64,000 nucleotides of DNA from Cladosporium halotolerans (lineage: Eukaryota): NCBI RefSeq assembly GCF_011745625.1, contig NW_027191468.1, positions 434,001-498,000 of the forward strand, written 5' to 3'. The notes under the pieces are model-generated. The model saw nothing but the letters and a program-made list of their open reading frames with translations, made no database searches and was not told the DNA's origin. Made by a program: the position numbers and the translations under genes. Below are positions 44,300 to 57,822 of this stretch, piece after piece (the first letter of the stretch is position 1; every line of letters begins with the position of its first letter).

Positions 44300-46966
44300 A
44301 TGGCGAGCACCACCAGCAAGATTGGCCATGGCCTTGCAAAGGGCCTCGGCATCAAGCTTGACTACCGCGACGAAACCGGCAACAACAAGCTTTCTCGCGG
44401 TGAGTCTGTCTTCTCGGTCACGAGTGCAGATTCCTACCAAGAGGAGGAGCCCACCTCTGCCGAGTGGCTCGCCTCCATCTGGCCCAGCAAGCAAGACACC
44501 TGGCGTTACATCCGCAACCTGTTTCCCTTCACCCATTGGATCACCCGCTACAACCTACAATGGCTCTATGGAGATCTCGTTGCGGGTAAGTCTTCCTGTT
44601 TGTGCCAGCTCGACAATGAAGCTGTTGCTAACCCGCATCAGGTATCACTATCGGTGCCGTCGTCGTGCCCCAGAGTATGGCATATGCTAGGCTCGCGGCT
44701 CTGCCGGTCGAATATGGCCTGTACTCGTCCTTCATGGGTGTATTAATCTACTGGTTCTTCGCAACCTCGAAAGATATCACCATCGGCGTAAGTTTCTGTC
44801 GCAGAGTTCAGAGCTTTGCAAGTGGTCGCTAATACAACTCCACAGCCTGTCGCAGTCATGTCCACCCTGGTCGGCGATATCGTACTGGAAGCTGGCCGCA
44901 CGAACCCGGAAATTGCACCTCAAGACATTGCGATTGCGCTTGCAGTCCTTGTTGGAGGAATCGTTACTGGCCTGGGACTCCTCCGACTTGGCTGGATCGT
45001 GGACCTCATCTCTCTTCCAGCCATCTCTGCCTTCATGACTGGTTCTGCAATTTCCATTGCTGTTGGTCAAGTCAGAGATTTGATGGGTATCACCCTCTCA
45101 AAAGGAAGCACACGAGACGAACCGTACAAGGTCATTATCCACACATTGCAAGGCTTGCCCTCAACATCGCTCGACGCCGCGCTTGGCCTGACCGCTCTTA
45201 CTATGCTCTACTTGATTCGCAGCGGTTTCAACTACCTGGCGCGGAAGCAGCCTCACCGTAGAAGACTTTGGTTCTTCTGCAACACGCTAAGGACTGCTTT
45301 CGTCATCCTGCTTTACACCCTCATCAGTTGGGCGTGCCACAGATACCTCCCTGACCGCAGCTCGTACTCTGCGACAGAGCTCACCAGATGGAAGATTCTT
45401 GGACCCGTCCCTCGTGGCTTTACTCACGCCGCTGTGCCCAAGATGAACTCCACAATCATCAATCTCTTCACAAGCCAGCTTCCCGTATCGGTCATTGTCT
45501 TGCTCATTGAGCACATCTCAATCGCCAAGTCCTTTGGTAGGGTCAACAATTACACCATCAACCCTTCGCAGGAACTCGTTGCCATCGGTGTAACAAATCT
45601 TCTGGCCCCCTTCCTGGGAGGTTACCCTGCCACTGGCTCGTTCTCCCGCACTGCCATTAAGTCGAAGGCTGGTGTCCGCACTCCATTGGCTGGTGTTATC
45701 ACGGCAGTCGTCGTCCTTCTCGCGATCTACGCGCTTACGGTGGTCTTCTTCTACATCCCGAACTCTGCGCTATCTGCCGTCATCATTCACGCAGTAGGAG
45801 ACTTGATCACTCCTCCGAACACGGTCTACCAGTTTTGGAAGATCTCACCCCTGGAAGCGCTGGTTTTCCTTCTTGGTGTGTTTGTCACCGTCTTCTCCAG
45901 TATTGAAGATGGCATCTACGTGACGGTGTCATGCTCTTTTGGCATCTTCTTGTTCCGTGTCTTCAAAGCACAAGGCCGATTCCTCGGTCGGGTACAGATC
46001 CACTCCGTGGTCGGTGATCACGTCTTGGACGAGACCCGGACAACCTCGCGCAAGCCAAACAACGACCCGAACAACTCTACTCGCAACATCTACCTGCCAA
46101 TTTCACACGCCGACGGCTCGAACCCGAGCCTGGACGTCAACCATCCGCACCCTGGTGTCTTCATCTACCGCTTCTCGGAAGGCTACAACTATCCCAACGC
46201 GAATCACTACCTCGACTACATGGTCGAAGTGATTTTCAAGGAGACTCAAAGGACCGATCCGGCTACTTACGGGCGCCTTGGCGATCGCCCGTGGAATGAT
46301 CCTGGCCCTCGCAGGGGCAAGACAGCGCCAAACGACTCGCACAAGCCCACCCTCAAAGCGATCATCCTTGATTTCTCGTCTGTTAACAACGTCGATGTAA
46401 CATCCGTGCAGCATCTTATCGATGTTCGCAACCAGCTCGATCGCCACGCCGCTCCTGACACCGTTCAATGGCACTTTGCGTCGATTAACAACCGATGGAC
46501 AAAACGCGCTTTGGTCAACGCTGGTTTCGGGTACCCCACTCCGCACGGCGACGGAGGCTTCCACCGGTGGAAACCGATTTTCTCTGTGGCTGATATGGGC
46601 GGCGCGCAGTCTGCTGCCGCAGCTGCGGAGACTGAACTCAATTCTCGTCACTTGAGAAGAGAGCACACCAGAGACATTGAGGATGGCACCCAAAGGCAAG
46701 ATTTCCAGCCTGTGCCACAGACCGTGAGCGGTGGTGATGATTTTGAGGCTGAGATCGTCAAGTCCTCGGCCTACAGCACGGCTCCTGCGAACAACAACAT
46801 CGCTGTCGTTGCTGGTCTCAACAGGCCTTTCTTCCACCTTGATCTCACAAGCGCGGTCGAGAGCGCGATCAACAACATTGAGGTCCTTGCGCCGGCTCGG
46901 CCGACGGACGACGCCAGCTCTGAAGACCAGGGCAACGATGGCAAGGACACGCCGGCGACTTCTTGA
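44300..46966 (+). CDS. SulP/SLC26 sulfate permease with STAS domain; exons 44300-44585, 44642-44788, 44846-46966
   Basis: GDLVAG/ITIGAVVVPQSMAYA, YGLYSSF, FATSKDITIG/PVAVMS, EHISIAKSFGR, TGSFSRTAI and STAS motif IILDFSSVNNVD. Confidence 0.95.
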
Positions 46967-47816
46967 TGCGTTTCCGCATAGAGGGTCTTTTCTTTTTAAT
47001 CTCCGAATTTTTCAAAGCCTAATGTTGGTTTGCACTGAAAAGCATTTGGGAGACCTTTTCCGCATTTCTACGACATTATAGATGAGGGCAGTTCCCTCGC
47101 ATCTGGACGGTTTATTTTTGGGCATTCTAAGCGTACATACACGGCACATGCATCATTTCATGGGTCTTGGTCTCACCCGAACAACCCAATGCACAGATTT
47201 ATACGGCTCTGCCGTTTTCCTCTTTCACGAAATCTTCCTCTCAATGTTCACGGCATGTGCTTCCTCCCAAGGTCATCCGTAATTATCTGGCTGCGCAAAG
47301 CAAACAGCATTATTATTGGTCAGCTGCTGATGGCTCGTCCACTCACCCACGTTCTGATCGTACTTGTCACAGGCACGATGCAAGGCGTGTCCCTTGAGGA
47401 TCGTCAGAAAGAGCTCTCAATGAAGAACCGCCTTCGATAATAGCATCCCACATAAAGCTTCAGGAGTCAGCCCCGCGGGTACGTACCCTGGTATCCTTGT
47501 CCATCCCGTGTTTCACATTCAGACAAGGTTGTCAGCACGAGGCGGGGTCGCCGGGCATGCTGACTTCCTGCTCTTTGTTTACCAGCTCCTGCATGGCTTC
47601 CCGTCCAGCGATATCAACCCAGCGCTGACCGGTTGTTTTCGTTCAAACGCGCAGGTCGCACAACATCATCTTGGTCACGCTCAGCTCTCGAGAGTCTTTG
47701 TTGGACGGCGGGCTGGGCGAGTACCTAGCTGTTAGGTCGTCCTGCCGAGCGCGGCTCCGTCTTCTCTCGTCTGGAATCCACATCCTTTTGACAGGACTTT
47801 CACTTGAATCTGCAAA

Positions 47817-48260
47817 ATGGCATCTTCCAATCAAGAAGTTATCTCCCCCATCCGCACCGAGAAGCCCGACTTCATCGTCTCAGCCGCCAGCATCAACGCC
47901 GAGCCCGTGGAGCTGGACAGCACGCCAGCTTCGCCTTCGAAGGTGCGCCTCCGGGGAGCATCGAGAGACGAGCTCATTGCGGAATTGAGCGAAGAAGAGA
48001 AAGAGGTGAGTCGCCCTGACGGTCTTTGGCTCTTTTCTTGAGGCTCGGAATCTTTTGGGTTCGGCAGGAACCTGTCTCTGGCTCCTGGCTGACGTTGCTG
48101 CCATCAGAAACGCAAGCGCCTGCTTGAACAGCGACAAGGCGACCCAGCCGTCCTCGTCGACATCCCACAGACGCCTGGAGCGGACGAAATCGAGAAGGGT
48201 CGTCAGCTTCCGAGCGATTGGCATAATTACATGCTCAGCAATCACGGGACAAAGGCTTAA
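47817..48260 (+). CDS. Small hypothetical protein of about 113 aa; intron 48006-48107
   Basis: ATG in AAAATGG context. GAG|GTGAGT..GCTGAC..CAG splicing keeps the frame: MASSNQEVISPIRTEKPDF...SEEEKE/KRKRLLEQRQGDPAVLVDIPQTPGADE. The C-terminus is less certain. Confidence 0.6.
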
Positions 48261-48582
48261 GATGGGTACTTCCGCGAGGAATGCGGGCTGAGCACCGCTT
48301 GGGCATCCGTCTCAACCATGAATCACGAAACGGTCTACGATACTTTGGAGCATATTGTTGTTTCTTTTCGCGAAGCTGACGTGTACTTACACTCGTACCT
48401 ATAGCTACCGGAAATGGACGGTCGAAGTCTAGATTCGCCTTTGTTCTTGAAGGCTTCCATTGTTGCCACACCCGCCGACTTCACCAGAGTAAGTCGGGCA
48501 CGTCGCCTTTGTCTCATGATGTCTAGCACCGTCACTTTCGAGCTGTACTCACTAAGTCCCGTATGTTCCATGCGCGGCAACC

Positions 48583-51186
48583 ATGTTCATCGATTCGAGG
48601 CCAGTGACCGGCTATGGCGAGACCGCCGGCTGGAAGATGCCATTTGACGCCCAGGAACCGACACCTAGAGCTCCCCCGAGGAGGCCTCAGCTACTCACAG
48701 CCCAGTCTTCTGCTTCCTCGCTTGCCGGAATGGAACAGACTATCCCACCAACTTTGAAGAGACCGCCTCTCACCACTGCAAATAGCTCAAAATCATCCTT
48801 GGCCGGCATGGAACAAACGATCATGCCCTTCACGGACTTCACGAGACAAACACTACCGATCGAAGAAACCAAGCCGCTTCCGCCGACGCCACTGAGGCGT
48901 AGGAGGTCATCTCTCGGAGGCAATGTTTCGGCCTCCCCGCGAGAGGTCTCTCCCTCTGCGCCGCCTCGAAGATCTTCCAGCATTTACAGCCGGACAGTGA
49001 GCCAATGGCTTCCAGACTCTCCCATTTGGACAGTGTCAGACCTTGCAGATAACCCGGTCCCTGCTCTTCCACACGAGATCCTCAGACCGATAGCTTACAG
49101 CGCCAGCACGCCGCAGCTCGTCGAGAAGGACCCCGCGCCGCCTTTACTACAACCCAGGACATACCAGCCCTTGCTCACGACTCCGTCTCCAACCATTAGC
49201 AGACGCACGACGCCATCGCCCAACCCGGCACCCGTGAGAGAAGAAACGCGATCATCAACACTGTTACCTGTCACGGAAGAGAAAGCCCGGATCCCCAAAA
49301 CCCACCTCCGTACCGTGTCTCTCGAGAAAGCCAATGCCGCTTCCAAAGCGCCGGGAGCAGAGCACCTGCTACCTGAAGAGCTCCGCGCGAAGTCGAGGGG
49401 GACAACCGTCCGAAAGTCCCGGTCTCTCGAGCCCGTCGTCAAGGAACCCATCGTGCGAGACACGCTGGCCATGTTTGGCAGATCAATCGATTCGCCTCCA
49501 ATGCCGCCCGAGATCCCTGCAATGACTTTGGTGGATTCTGAAGGCAGAGATCGCGTAGTTGGATCTCCGAGACTAAGCGCGGCGCCTTTGCCGGGTTTTG
49601 CGTTTCCACAGGAGACGGTGCAGAGCTTCTATCCTATGATCGATGCTTTTCCGGTTGATAGAAATCCGCCTAGGAATATGGTTCCGCCTGCTACACAGGA
49701 TCAGCATGATTTTCAGTATGAAATCCCTCACCGCCAAGGGTATGAATTTGAAGATGAGGAGAGAGGGAGGACTTTCCAACGGGGACCGCCATACCCTAAC
49801 CAGCAGTACAACCAGCTAAACAGTCAACGACGACATGCGAGCTCACCTGATAGAAAGAACGATGGAACTCAGCAGATGGCACACGATTATGATTCCTTGT
49901 TGGCAGACCGATTTCGAGAGAATTCTGCGTCGACAGTATCGAATACTGTCGAGACTGATGCTGATGTCGGTCAACACATGAGGATGGTCCCACAGCCTCT
50001 GTTCCATAGTAAGCCCACGCAGACGCGGAAAATGAGCAGCCGGAACGACAGCGGGACTGGTTCCATCTCGCCATTCCACAGACGAGAGCAGAGCGGCAGC
50101 AGCTTCTCCTCGCAATCGCGGAGCCCAGGTCACCGCTATCTGCCTTCGCTGCCGCCACGCCTATCCCTCACCAAGAAGCTCCGTCGACGAAGCAGCATGG
50201 GCACCATCCCAATATCCCCACCCTTACAATACAACTCTACCTACACCACCCCAATGCCCTCCATACCTCAACCCCGCATCCTCCCGCGCCACCGCCGCAA
50301 CAGCAACGACAACCGCGTCTCCGCCTACTGGCACATCCCCACCGCCGGCGGCACCGAGCTCCTCTTCCGCCGCAGCAACGAAAGACCAACCCCCGCCCTC
50401 AAGTCCCCCGGCGTCCCCCTCCTCGCAGCGGACATCATCGCCCAGCGCCTCCTGACCCCCGAAGTGACCCCCGAGCCCACGCCCCTAGCCCACCCAACCT
50501 CCACCACCACCAGCATCACCACCACAAAGCCGCCCAAAGAACTAACAGCCAAACAAGCCCTCCTCGCCCGCATCACCAAAGGCGCCGCCAAATACGCCGA
50601 GCAGCTCACGCGGCCCGCGGGCCACGACCCCCGGCTCCCGCCCGAGCGGCCCCCGCCGCCCCAAAACCAGCACGCCCACGAACCCCTCACGCTCCAGGCA
50701 ATCCAGGACATGCTGTCCCCTCCGCCACCCTCGCAGTGGCTCCCAAGCCCCCCGAAACGTCCCACGCACGCCGCGCGCCCCAGCCTCGGCTGGTCGAGCG
50801 CCGCGAAGCAGGCGTTTGACTCCTCGAACGGGCACCGCCAGCAGCAGCAGCAGCACAAGCCGTCCGTGACGGCGTACACGCACGTCGTGGCGCCCGCGCG
50901 GCCGCTGGACGAGCGGGGGATGGGCGGGGCGGCAGACGAGGAGCGGCCGGGGGCGCGGCGGGGGAGTTTGTTTTCGTCGCTGCGGGAGCTGAGGCGGGAG
51001 GTGAAAGCTGAGAGGAGGCGGGAGGATATAAAGCGGAGTATTAGGGTTGTGGGGGTGCCTGGGGAAGTGGAGGTGGTAAGGGGGAGGAGTGCGGAGGGGC
51101 AGCGGGAGAGGGAAGAGGACGAGAGACCGGCGGTGGCGAGTGGGTGGGGGCGGAGGATGAGTTGGATTGGGGGCGGGATGGTGTGA
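48583..51186 (+). CDS. Pro/Ser/Arg-rich, probably disordered hypothetical protein
   Basis: 867-codon uninterrupted ORF with an internal duplication (SSLAGMEQTI x2) and a C-terminal ERRREDIKRSIRVVG motif. The start may be at 48637. Confidence 0.75.
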   Translation: MFIDSRPVTGYGETAGWKMPFDAQEPTPRAPPRRPQLLTAQSSASSLAGMEQTIPPTLKRPPLTTANSSKSSLAGMEQTIMPFTDFTRQTLPIEETKPLPPTPLRRRRSSLGGNVSASPREVSPSAPPRRSSSIYSRTVSQWLPDSPIWTVSDLADNPVPALPHEILRPIAYSASTPQLVEKDPAPPLLQPRTYQPLLTTPSPTISRRTTPSPNPAPVREETRSSTLLPVTEEKARIPKTHLRTVSLEKANAASKAPGAEHLLPEELRAKSRGTTVRKSRSLEPVVKEPIVRDTLAMFGRSIDSPPMPPEIPAMTLVDSEGRDRVVGSPRLSAAPLPGFAFPQETVQSFYPMIDAFPVDRNPPRNMVPPATQDQHDFQYEIPHRQGYEFEDEERGRTFQRGPPYPNQQYNQLNSQRRHASSPDRKNDGTQQMAHDYDSLLADRFRENSASTVSNTVETDADVGQHMRMVPQPLFHSKPTQTRKMSSRNDSGTGSISPFHRREQSGSSFSSQSRSPGHRYLPSLPPRLSLTKKLRRRSSMGTIPISPPLQYNSTYTTPMPSIPQPRILPRHRRNSNDNRVSAYWHIPTAGGTELLFRRSNERPTPALKSPGVPLLAADIIAQRLLTPEVTPEPTPLAHPTSTTTSITTTKPPKELTAKQALLARITKGAAKYAEQLTRPAGHDPRLPPERPPPPQNQHAHEPLTLQAIQDMLSPPPPSQWLPSPPKRPTHAARPSLGWSSAAKQAFDSSNGHRQQQQQHKPSVTAYTHVVAPARPLDERGMGGAADEERPGARRGSLFSSLRELRREVKAERRREDIKRSIRVVGVPGEVEVVRGRSAEGQREREEDERPAVASGWGRRMSWIGGGMV

Positions 51187-51520
51187 GGATTTTGAATTGG
51201 GTAGTCGAATGTTGTATACATCTGGAATCTTATCTGTATCGATCAAAAAGCAGCAGTAGTAGTAGTAATAGCACAGGGTTTTCAGCTTGATCCTATTTGC
51301 TGACAGGAAAGCCAATTAGCAACAACGCCCGATAGTGGTCCCGGGTCGTGTGCTCGTTCAGGTCCATATCCAGTAGCTGTCTCGCTCGCCGAAACCAGAT
51401 CCGCTAAAATCCAAAAATGAAAGAATGCCGCCTATGCATGGCTGTGTAGCCTTTGCTTCCCCATAGGAATGATGGAAACCTCTCGGTTTCCCGCGACTCG
51501 CTAAATGATTGGTGAGATGA

Positions 51521-54500
51521 TTAGAACTCCCAGTCCTCGCCAACACTCTTGATAGCCCAGTCGAACTTCTCGCGAAGGGTCTTTGAGAAGAAACGCTCGA
51601 TGGGGACGTCGAACTTCTTGGAGAAGACGACAGTAAGGCGCGGGTCTATGTAGTTCTGTTGATTGTTAGCGACTGGTCACGACGGTAAGGTAAGCCTTGC
51701 TGGGACAACTTACGATCTTGGAAGTACCGAGGGCAACCTCCTTGTTGTTCTCGCGATCCTCGCTTTGGGTCTTGGCCGTTGCGATGCGCTGATCCAACTT
51801 CTCGATTTGCGCCTCGTACTTGTCCACAGAGGGACCCTTGCCCTCAGCCTCGACCTTGCCGGTCTTCAGCTCCTTCTTAAACTTGGTCTCAAGATCGGTG
51901 GCGACAGCCATTCTGTCCTGAAGCTCCTTGGCCTTCATGGGCTTTTGACCCTCAGCTTCAAGCTTTTCGTTCTCCTTATCGAACTTCTTCTGAATCTTGA
52001 TCTTCTCCTGCTCGACAAGAGAAGCCTGGTGCTCCTTGACCCAGTCGCCGCTCAAATCTTCCGGCAGCGCGAAGTAATCCGCGCCCTTCTTCTTCTTGAT
52101 CTTGTTGTCGATATCGAGCATCATCTGCTTGATACGCCACTGCTGGTAACGCATGCCGTTAATCTTGTCCTCCATCTTCTCCATGGTCTGCGCGTGGGAG
52201 GCGGCAACAGTGCGCTTGTGGTTACAGAGAATGGCGACCTCACGGTTGGCGTTGTTGTAATCTTTGACCTTTTCAGGGATCGTACCGGTAGACTTCATCT
52301 TCTTGAGTAGCTCGGCCATGGTCCAGGAGGCGTTGTAAGTACGGAAGACCTTAGCGGTTAGACCAGGCATGTAGTTCGAAAGATGCTTGTTGAGACCAGA
52401 GGTAGTGAGACGATCGAAAACCTCGTCGCCCTCCTTCTTCGGCGAACGCTTGAAAATCTTCAAGTTCTTGAAGACCTGAGGGTCGACCTTGACCTCGTCG
52501 TAGAAGCGGATCGAATCCTTACCAAGGAAGTCAAAGATGACGGTCTCCGGCGGGCGAAGAGTGACGTGCTCGAATTTGAGAGAACAGCAACCAACAGTAT
52601 CCGCCTCATCCTCACCCTTCTCGTTTCCGGCACGCAGGGCGAACTGATCGATGAGGTAGACTGCGGTGGCACGCTGACGCTCAGCCATGACCTCAGACTT
52701 GAGCTCGCGCGCATAATCCTTACGAATAGCGTCGATGTGGAGTTTCAGTTCGCGCGCTTTCTCGAATTTCTTGTAATCGCTTTGTCCCTTGATGTCCGAG
52801 TTGGCAGCCAGCATGACATACTTATAGTTGCCGTTGATATTCTCCTGCCACATCGCGAGCCAAGTACCTTCTTGGTCGTGCTTCACTTCCTTCCACTTGT
52901 GGCCGGCCGGAGGCGCAGGAACCATAGCCTCTTTACCGATATTGATGGTGATTTGCTCCGGAGTCACGCGCTTCTTGAAACGGCCAGTCTTCGGGTGCTC
53001 GCCGCGGCCGCGGAACAGACCCGGAGGTTCGACACGGAAGTTGCCAACCTTCTGCTTACGGCCATCCCACATGCAGAACATGAACGGAGCCTCTTTCTCG
53101 TCTTTCTCAGCTTTGATCTTCTTCTTGTCGGCAGCAGAGAGGGCCTTCTTAGCCTGGCGCTCAGCATCCACGTGGTTGAAGATAGGCTGGAAGTCACACT
53201 TCTCGAACTTGAGGATCTTGACTTTGTTGCCGTCCTTATCCTTGCCATGGCCAGTCTTATCCAGTACCTCTTTGAAGTCCGCGAAGAAATTCTTTTGGAA
53301 AGTCGGGTTCTCAACGTTGTGGGTGGAGTTTAGCATGCCACCAAAAGCGTGCGCGATTTCCTCGGCTTTGATGTCCAGTGTGACGGGCACGCCATCGTAG
53401 AGCATCTTGACGTTCTTGGGAAGCGGTTCGTACTCCGGGGGGAAGACTACACCGTTATGCTCGAGTGTCGTCCATTTTGTCGTGCCATCGCCCTTGGTTG
53501 GGTCTTCCCACCAGCGGTACTCTTCTTCTCCCTCCTCGCCTTCCTCAAGGTCTTCTTCCTTGACCTTGCCTTTACCCTTCTTGGCCGAGGCGGGCTCAGC
53601 TTTAGGCGCGGCCTTGGTCTTTTTCGCAGCGGGAGCCTTCTTGGTCAAGGGCGCATCGTCATCCGATTCTTCCTTCTTGACCTTCTTTGTCCCGTTCGCT
53701 TGCTTCTTCGGCGCAGGCTTTTTGGCTAGAGGCTTGTCGTCTTCGCTGTCGCTCTCTTTCTTAGCCGCCTTGCGCTTGGCTTCGCCAGATTTTGAGGCCC
53801 GGCGCGTAGCAGCAGCCTGCTTTCCAGCCTTTTTCTCCATGGCGGCCTTTTCCTTTTGCAATTTTTCGCCGAGCGGGACGTCGTCATCGGATTCCTCGCC
53901 GATCTGGTGAGCAGTAGCCCTGATGGGACCTGACTTCTTCAGAGGCACGTCGTCGTCGTCGTCGGATTCAGCGGCCGCTGAGGTCTTTCGTCGCTTCTGC
54001 TGTTCGAGAGTCAGCTCTCCGGTTCGCGCAAAAGTGTGGTCAGCGGACAGAATCGCGCACCAGTGGAACATCGTCATCCTCAGAGTCGGATGCGTCCTTG
54101 TAGCTCTTGCCGTTCGGAAGCGAAGCTTTGCGCTTGCCGTTGACAGCAGCGCCATTGGTCGCGGGCTGATCGACATCCATGTTGTCGTCGTCCACCGGAC
54201 CAAAAGCTATGCTGACTCCAGGCTTGACGGTGTCGCTGTCGGTGGTAGGCATATCCTTGTCCATGGCGGCGTCGGTTGATTTAGAGATAGTCTCAGAGGA
54301 TTTGGCTGCAGCGGCGGGTGTCAGTGGGTGCGCGCATGCAGCGGTAGACGAGTGATGAGGTATATAAATGCAAGTGCAGGGTGCGGAGTGAATAGCAAAG
54401 AACAATTGAGATCAATAGCTTGCGCGGCAGTGAGCGAGGTTGGGAGGCAAAATTTGGCTAAGTCCCCACCCAGGTGAGGATTGACTTAGTCAAAACACGC

Positions 54501-54611
54501 GCTCCGCTCAGCTCAGCCCGGCAGCAAACTGCGTCACTCCTGAGGCAAACAGAGGGATGCACGTGACGTACCTTTGACCAAGGGCTGGTCGTCGTCTGAT
54601 GAGCTGGACAT
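51521..54611 (-). CDS. TOP1: DNA topoisomerase I (type IB); exons 54611-54572, 54305-54061, 53996-51714, 51655-51521
   Basis: [56 protein letters not shown], and catalytic motif GTSKI/NYIDPR across the last intron. Confidence 0.97.
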
Positions 54612-55141
54612 TTTGCCGGCAGTGAAGTAGGACCAGGGCGTGCGCGGGCAGGTCAATGAGGGCGGGCTGCGGACCTCGCGCTCTGGAGAAGTGGAAGAAT
54701 GGACGTGTCGCGCCTGGCGGCAGGCGGATGCAGGCAAGCGGGCAGGCGAGCGCGTGAAGGTGCGCGTGAGCGCTGGCCCGAGTCGCCAGCAGCTGGAGAG
54801 GGAGAGAATAATGCTGGAAGGACAGTTGTGTGCGGTGCAGATGCCGCGCGTAGTGAGGGAGCGTGAAAGAGTCAGAAAGGAAGGTTAGAGTGAAGGTAAG
54901 TAAGGTAAGTATCCAGGTGGTAAATGGGAACGAGAAGCGCCTCTCGCCCTGTATGCCAGCGACACGCATCGCCGCCGGCACGTGACAGCCGCCTGCCAGC
55001 GCGGGACAGGCCGGAGACCGGGCCGCGCCAAGGCTTCTCCTGCGAACCCGACCTCAATCGCAGCAGCTTCAGACTGCACTGGCGCCGGCCGTAGCATTGC
55101 GCATCCACCCCGTCTCCCCTCATCACCTCACCACCGCCGCC

Positions 55142-56235
55142 ATGCTGTCCAGAGCTGCCCGTCCCGCCTTCAGGGTTGGCGCCGCCGCCCTGCGGTATGT
55201 CCACCCCCAGCGAGCCCTCCGACTGCGCCGCCGACACCGCGCGCCGCTCCTCGCAGATGGCTCCTACACCTCATCAACCTCCACCTACTGACCTCCTCCG
55301 TGCAGCCCTGCGCCCGCCTGCTCCCCTCTTGTCGCCCAGACCGCCGGCTATGCCACCCTCCGCGAGATCGAGGACCGCCTCAAGTCCATCCGCAACATCG
55401 AGAAGATCACCAAGACCATGAAGATCGTCGCCTCCACCAAGCTCACCCGCGCCCAGAAGGCCATGAACGAGTCCCGCGTCTACGGTGAGACCTCCCAGAA
55501 GACCTTCGAGGAGGCCGAGACCAAGCCCATCGACGGTGAGGGCAAGAAGACTCTCCTCGTTGTCTGCTCTTCCGACAAGGGTCTCTGCGGTGGTATCCAC
55601 TCTGGTATGTCGCGTTACGTGCGCAGGCAGCTGGCCGCCGGCAACCTGCCCAGCGACATCGACATCGCCGTCCTCGGTGAGAAGTGCAAGGCCCAGCTCA
55701 GCAGAAGCAACCCCAAGAACATGGTCCTTTCCTTCTCTGGTGTCGGCAAGGCCATCCCGACTTTCGCCGATGCCACCGCCATCGCCGACCAGCTCTGCCT
55801 TCTCCCCACCCAGTACGACAGCGTCAAGATTTTGTACAACAAGTTCGTCAACGCGACCGCCTACGAGCCCACCATCATTGAGGCTTTCTCCGAGGAGGCC
55901 ATCAAGGAGTCTGGTATGTTTTTTTCTGGAGAATCTATGCGTAACGTGGAATTGCATGCTGACCTTCAAAACCAGCCAACTTCTCTTCCTTCGAGATTGA
56001 CGACACCGTCCTCCCCAGCCTCCGCGAGTACGCGCTCGCCAACTCCCTCTTCTGGGGTCTGGCCGAGGGCCACGCTTGCGAGCAGTCCGCCCGCCGCAAC
56101 GCCATGGACAACGCCTCCAAGAACGCCGGCGACATGATCAACAAGTTCCAGATTCTCTTCAACCGCACTCGCCAGGCCGTCATTACCGGCGAGCTGGTCG
56201 AGATTATCACTGGTGCTGCCGCCTCCGAGAACTAG
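55142..56235 (+). CDS. ATP3: Mitochondrial F1 ATP synthase gamma subunit; exons 55142-55194, 55306-55913, 55976-56235
   Basis: Presequence [65 protein letters not shown] and [19 protein letters not shown]. Confidence 0.97.
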
Positions 56236-56848
56236 ACTTTGGAGTAGAAAGAAAGAAAAGAGAAGACGAATGGGAGCCGAGCGTTGTGCAGGAGTCGATG
56301 TATGTATATAGTCGGATGAGAAGCGCTCCCGCAATGCTACAGTAGTTTTCTTTTGTGATGATCGGATTCGAAGTCTCAAATCTGCTTCTTTGACCCCTGA
56401 TAGCGAAAATGGCGAGAGGTTATCTTTTCAGCGAGAAACAATTGAACTAAAAAGCAGCAGGATTGACGACTGACATCCAGAGACCGACCTCCTGAACGCG
56501 AAACGCGTTCCGCGATCATCACGTCGTACGAGGCGTGTCAAGATCGCGCACATACGCCATAAACCCATGTGAGGAGTTATGCTACGCCTACCGGCCTTTC
56601 AACATTTTCGACTTATTAACTGCTTCTGAGCGCTGCCAACGAGCCTCCTATTCGTCGGGTCTTCACGACCTACCAGATGGGCATTTCGGCTACTCAACGG
56701 AAAGCAATTGCATGTCTCTGGCATTATGCGTAATTGCCTAGCATCTATGAACATCAACGGAGAAGGGTATTCTTGACCTATATTACAATCCTCACCCACC
56801 ATGCCCTCCATCATGAGACGTCCAGAACCCAGCGAGTCGCGTCAGACC

Positions 56849-57822
56849 TCATGTATCCTTCTTTTCCTTTGAGTCCTTCGTCCCTGCCTGCTCCTGCTCT
56901 CGCTTTTCCTCCGCCAGCTCCTGCGTTGTCTTGATCGCCTTTTCAACCTGCTCCACCGCCCGCTCGATCTCCACCTCCATCTCTGGCAGATGGAACGCCT
57001 CTGCCAGCAGCTTCCCGTTCCACTTCTGCAGGACCATCACCTCCTCCGTGTCGCCGTGCGTCTGCGCCTCTACCACCCTTGTCACTTGTTCGACGTCCTC
57101 TGCTGAGGGTGTTGCGGCCTCGCGAGATGCTTTTCGGGTCGGGTGAAGAAGGCCTGCCGCGTACATAGTGTCCATTTGAGAAGACGCTGTGGCTGTGACG
57201 ATGTTCTTGTTCATCAGATGCTCCAGCAATCGGCCGCCGTAGAGCGCGCGGTAATGCGAGTACGCGCGGAAGCAGAGGTAGAAGAATGGCAGATTGGGTA
57301 TCCTATGCGACCCGGTCAGTCAGTTCCACACACGCATCCACAGCGATTCCGCCTGGTAATCGAAGAAAGCAAAACTTACACCGGCACCACAGTAAACGGA
57401 ATCGTCACCGGCATCCACGCCAAACTTGACCACAGCTTCTTCCTATGCAACGCCTGCCTATCCAGCGCAATCCTCCTCAACACCTCCGGCACCCTGTCGG
57501 CCTTCAAAAACGCGCCCGGATACAGACACTCGAACTTCAGCTTGCCGGCATCCACGTCCTCGATCCTCTTCTGCGTCGCGGGCGGGATCGTCTTGAGCCC
57601 CCATTCCTCGAAGGGGATGCGGCGGAACAGCGCGTTGCCGTACTCCGTCACCTTCTTCTGCCACCCCTTCTCCGCCTTCTCCCAGCTCGTCCAGACCTCG
57701 CTGGACTTGTTCAGGATGCGGTCCGCGATGGGCTGCTTGGCGCCCGGCGTGGGCGTGTGCGGGACGCGCTCGCAGTAGATCAGCGTGCGGCGCGTCGAGA
57801 CGGGGAGGAGGAAGAGGCGCAT
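56849..57822 (-). CDS. Mitochondrial K+/H+ exchange-related protein (Mit_KHE1 / YDL183C-like); intron 57379-57303
   Basis: MRLFLLPVSTRRTLIYC, RIPFEEWGLK and PFTVVPV/IPNLPFFYLCFRAYSHYRAL. Confidence 0.85.

Noticed and set aside
51663..53910. Long plus-strand ORFs antisense to TOP1 (similar ones lie opposite the GH3, ATP3, sulfate permease and NmrA genes)
   Set aside because: Shadow frames produced by strong C/G third-position codon bias in the real genes.
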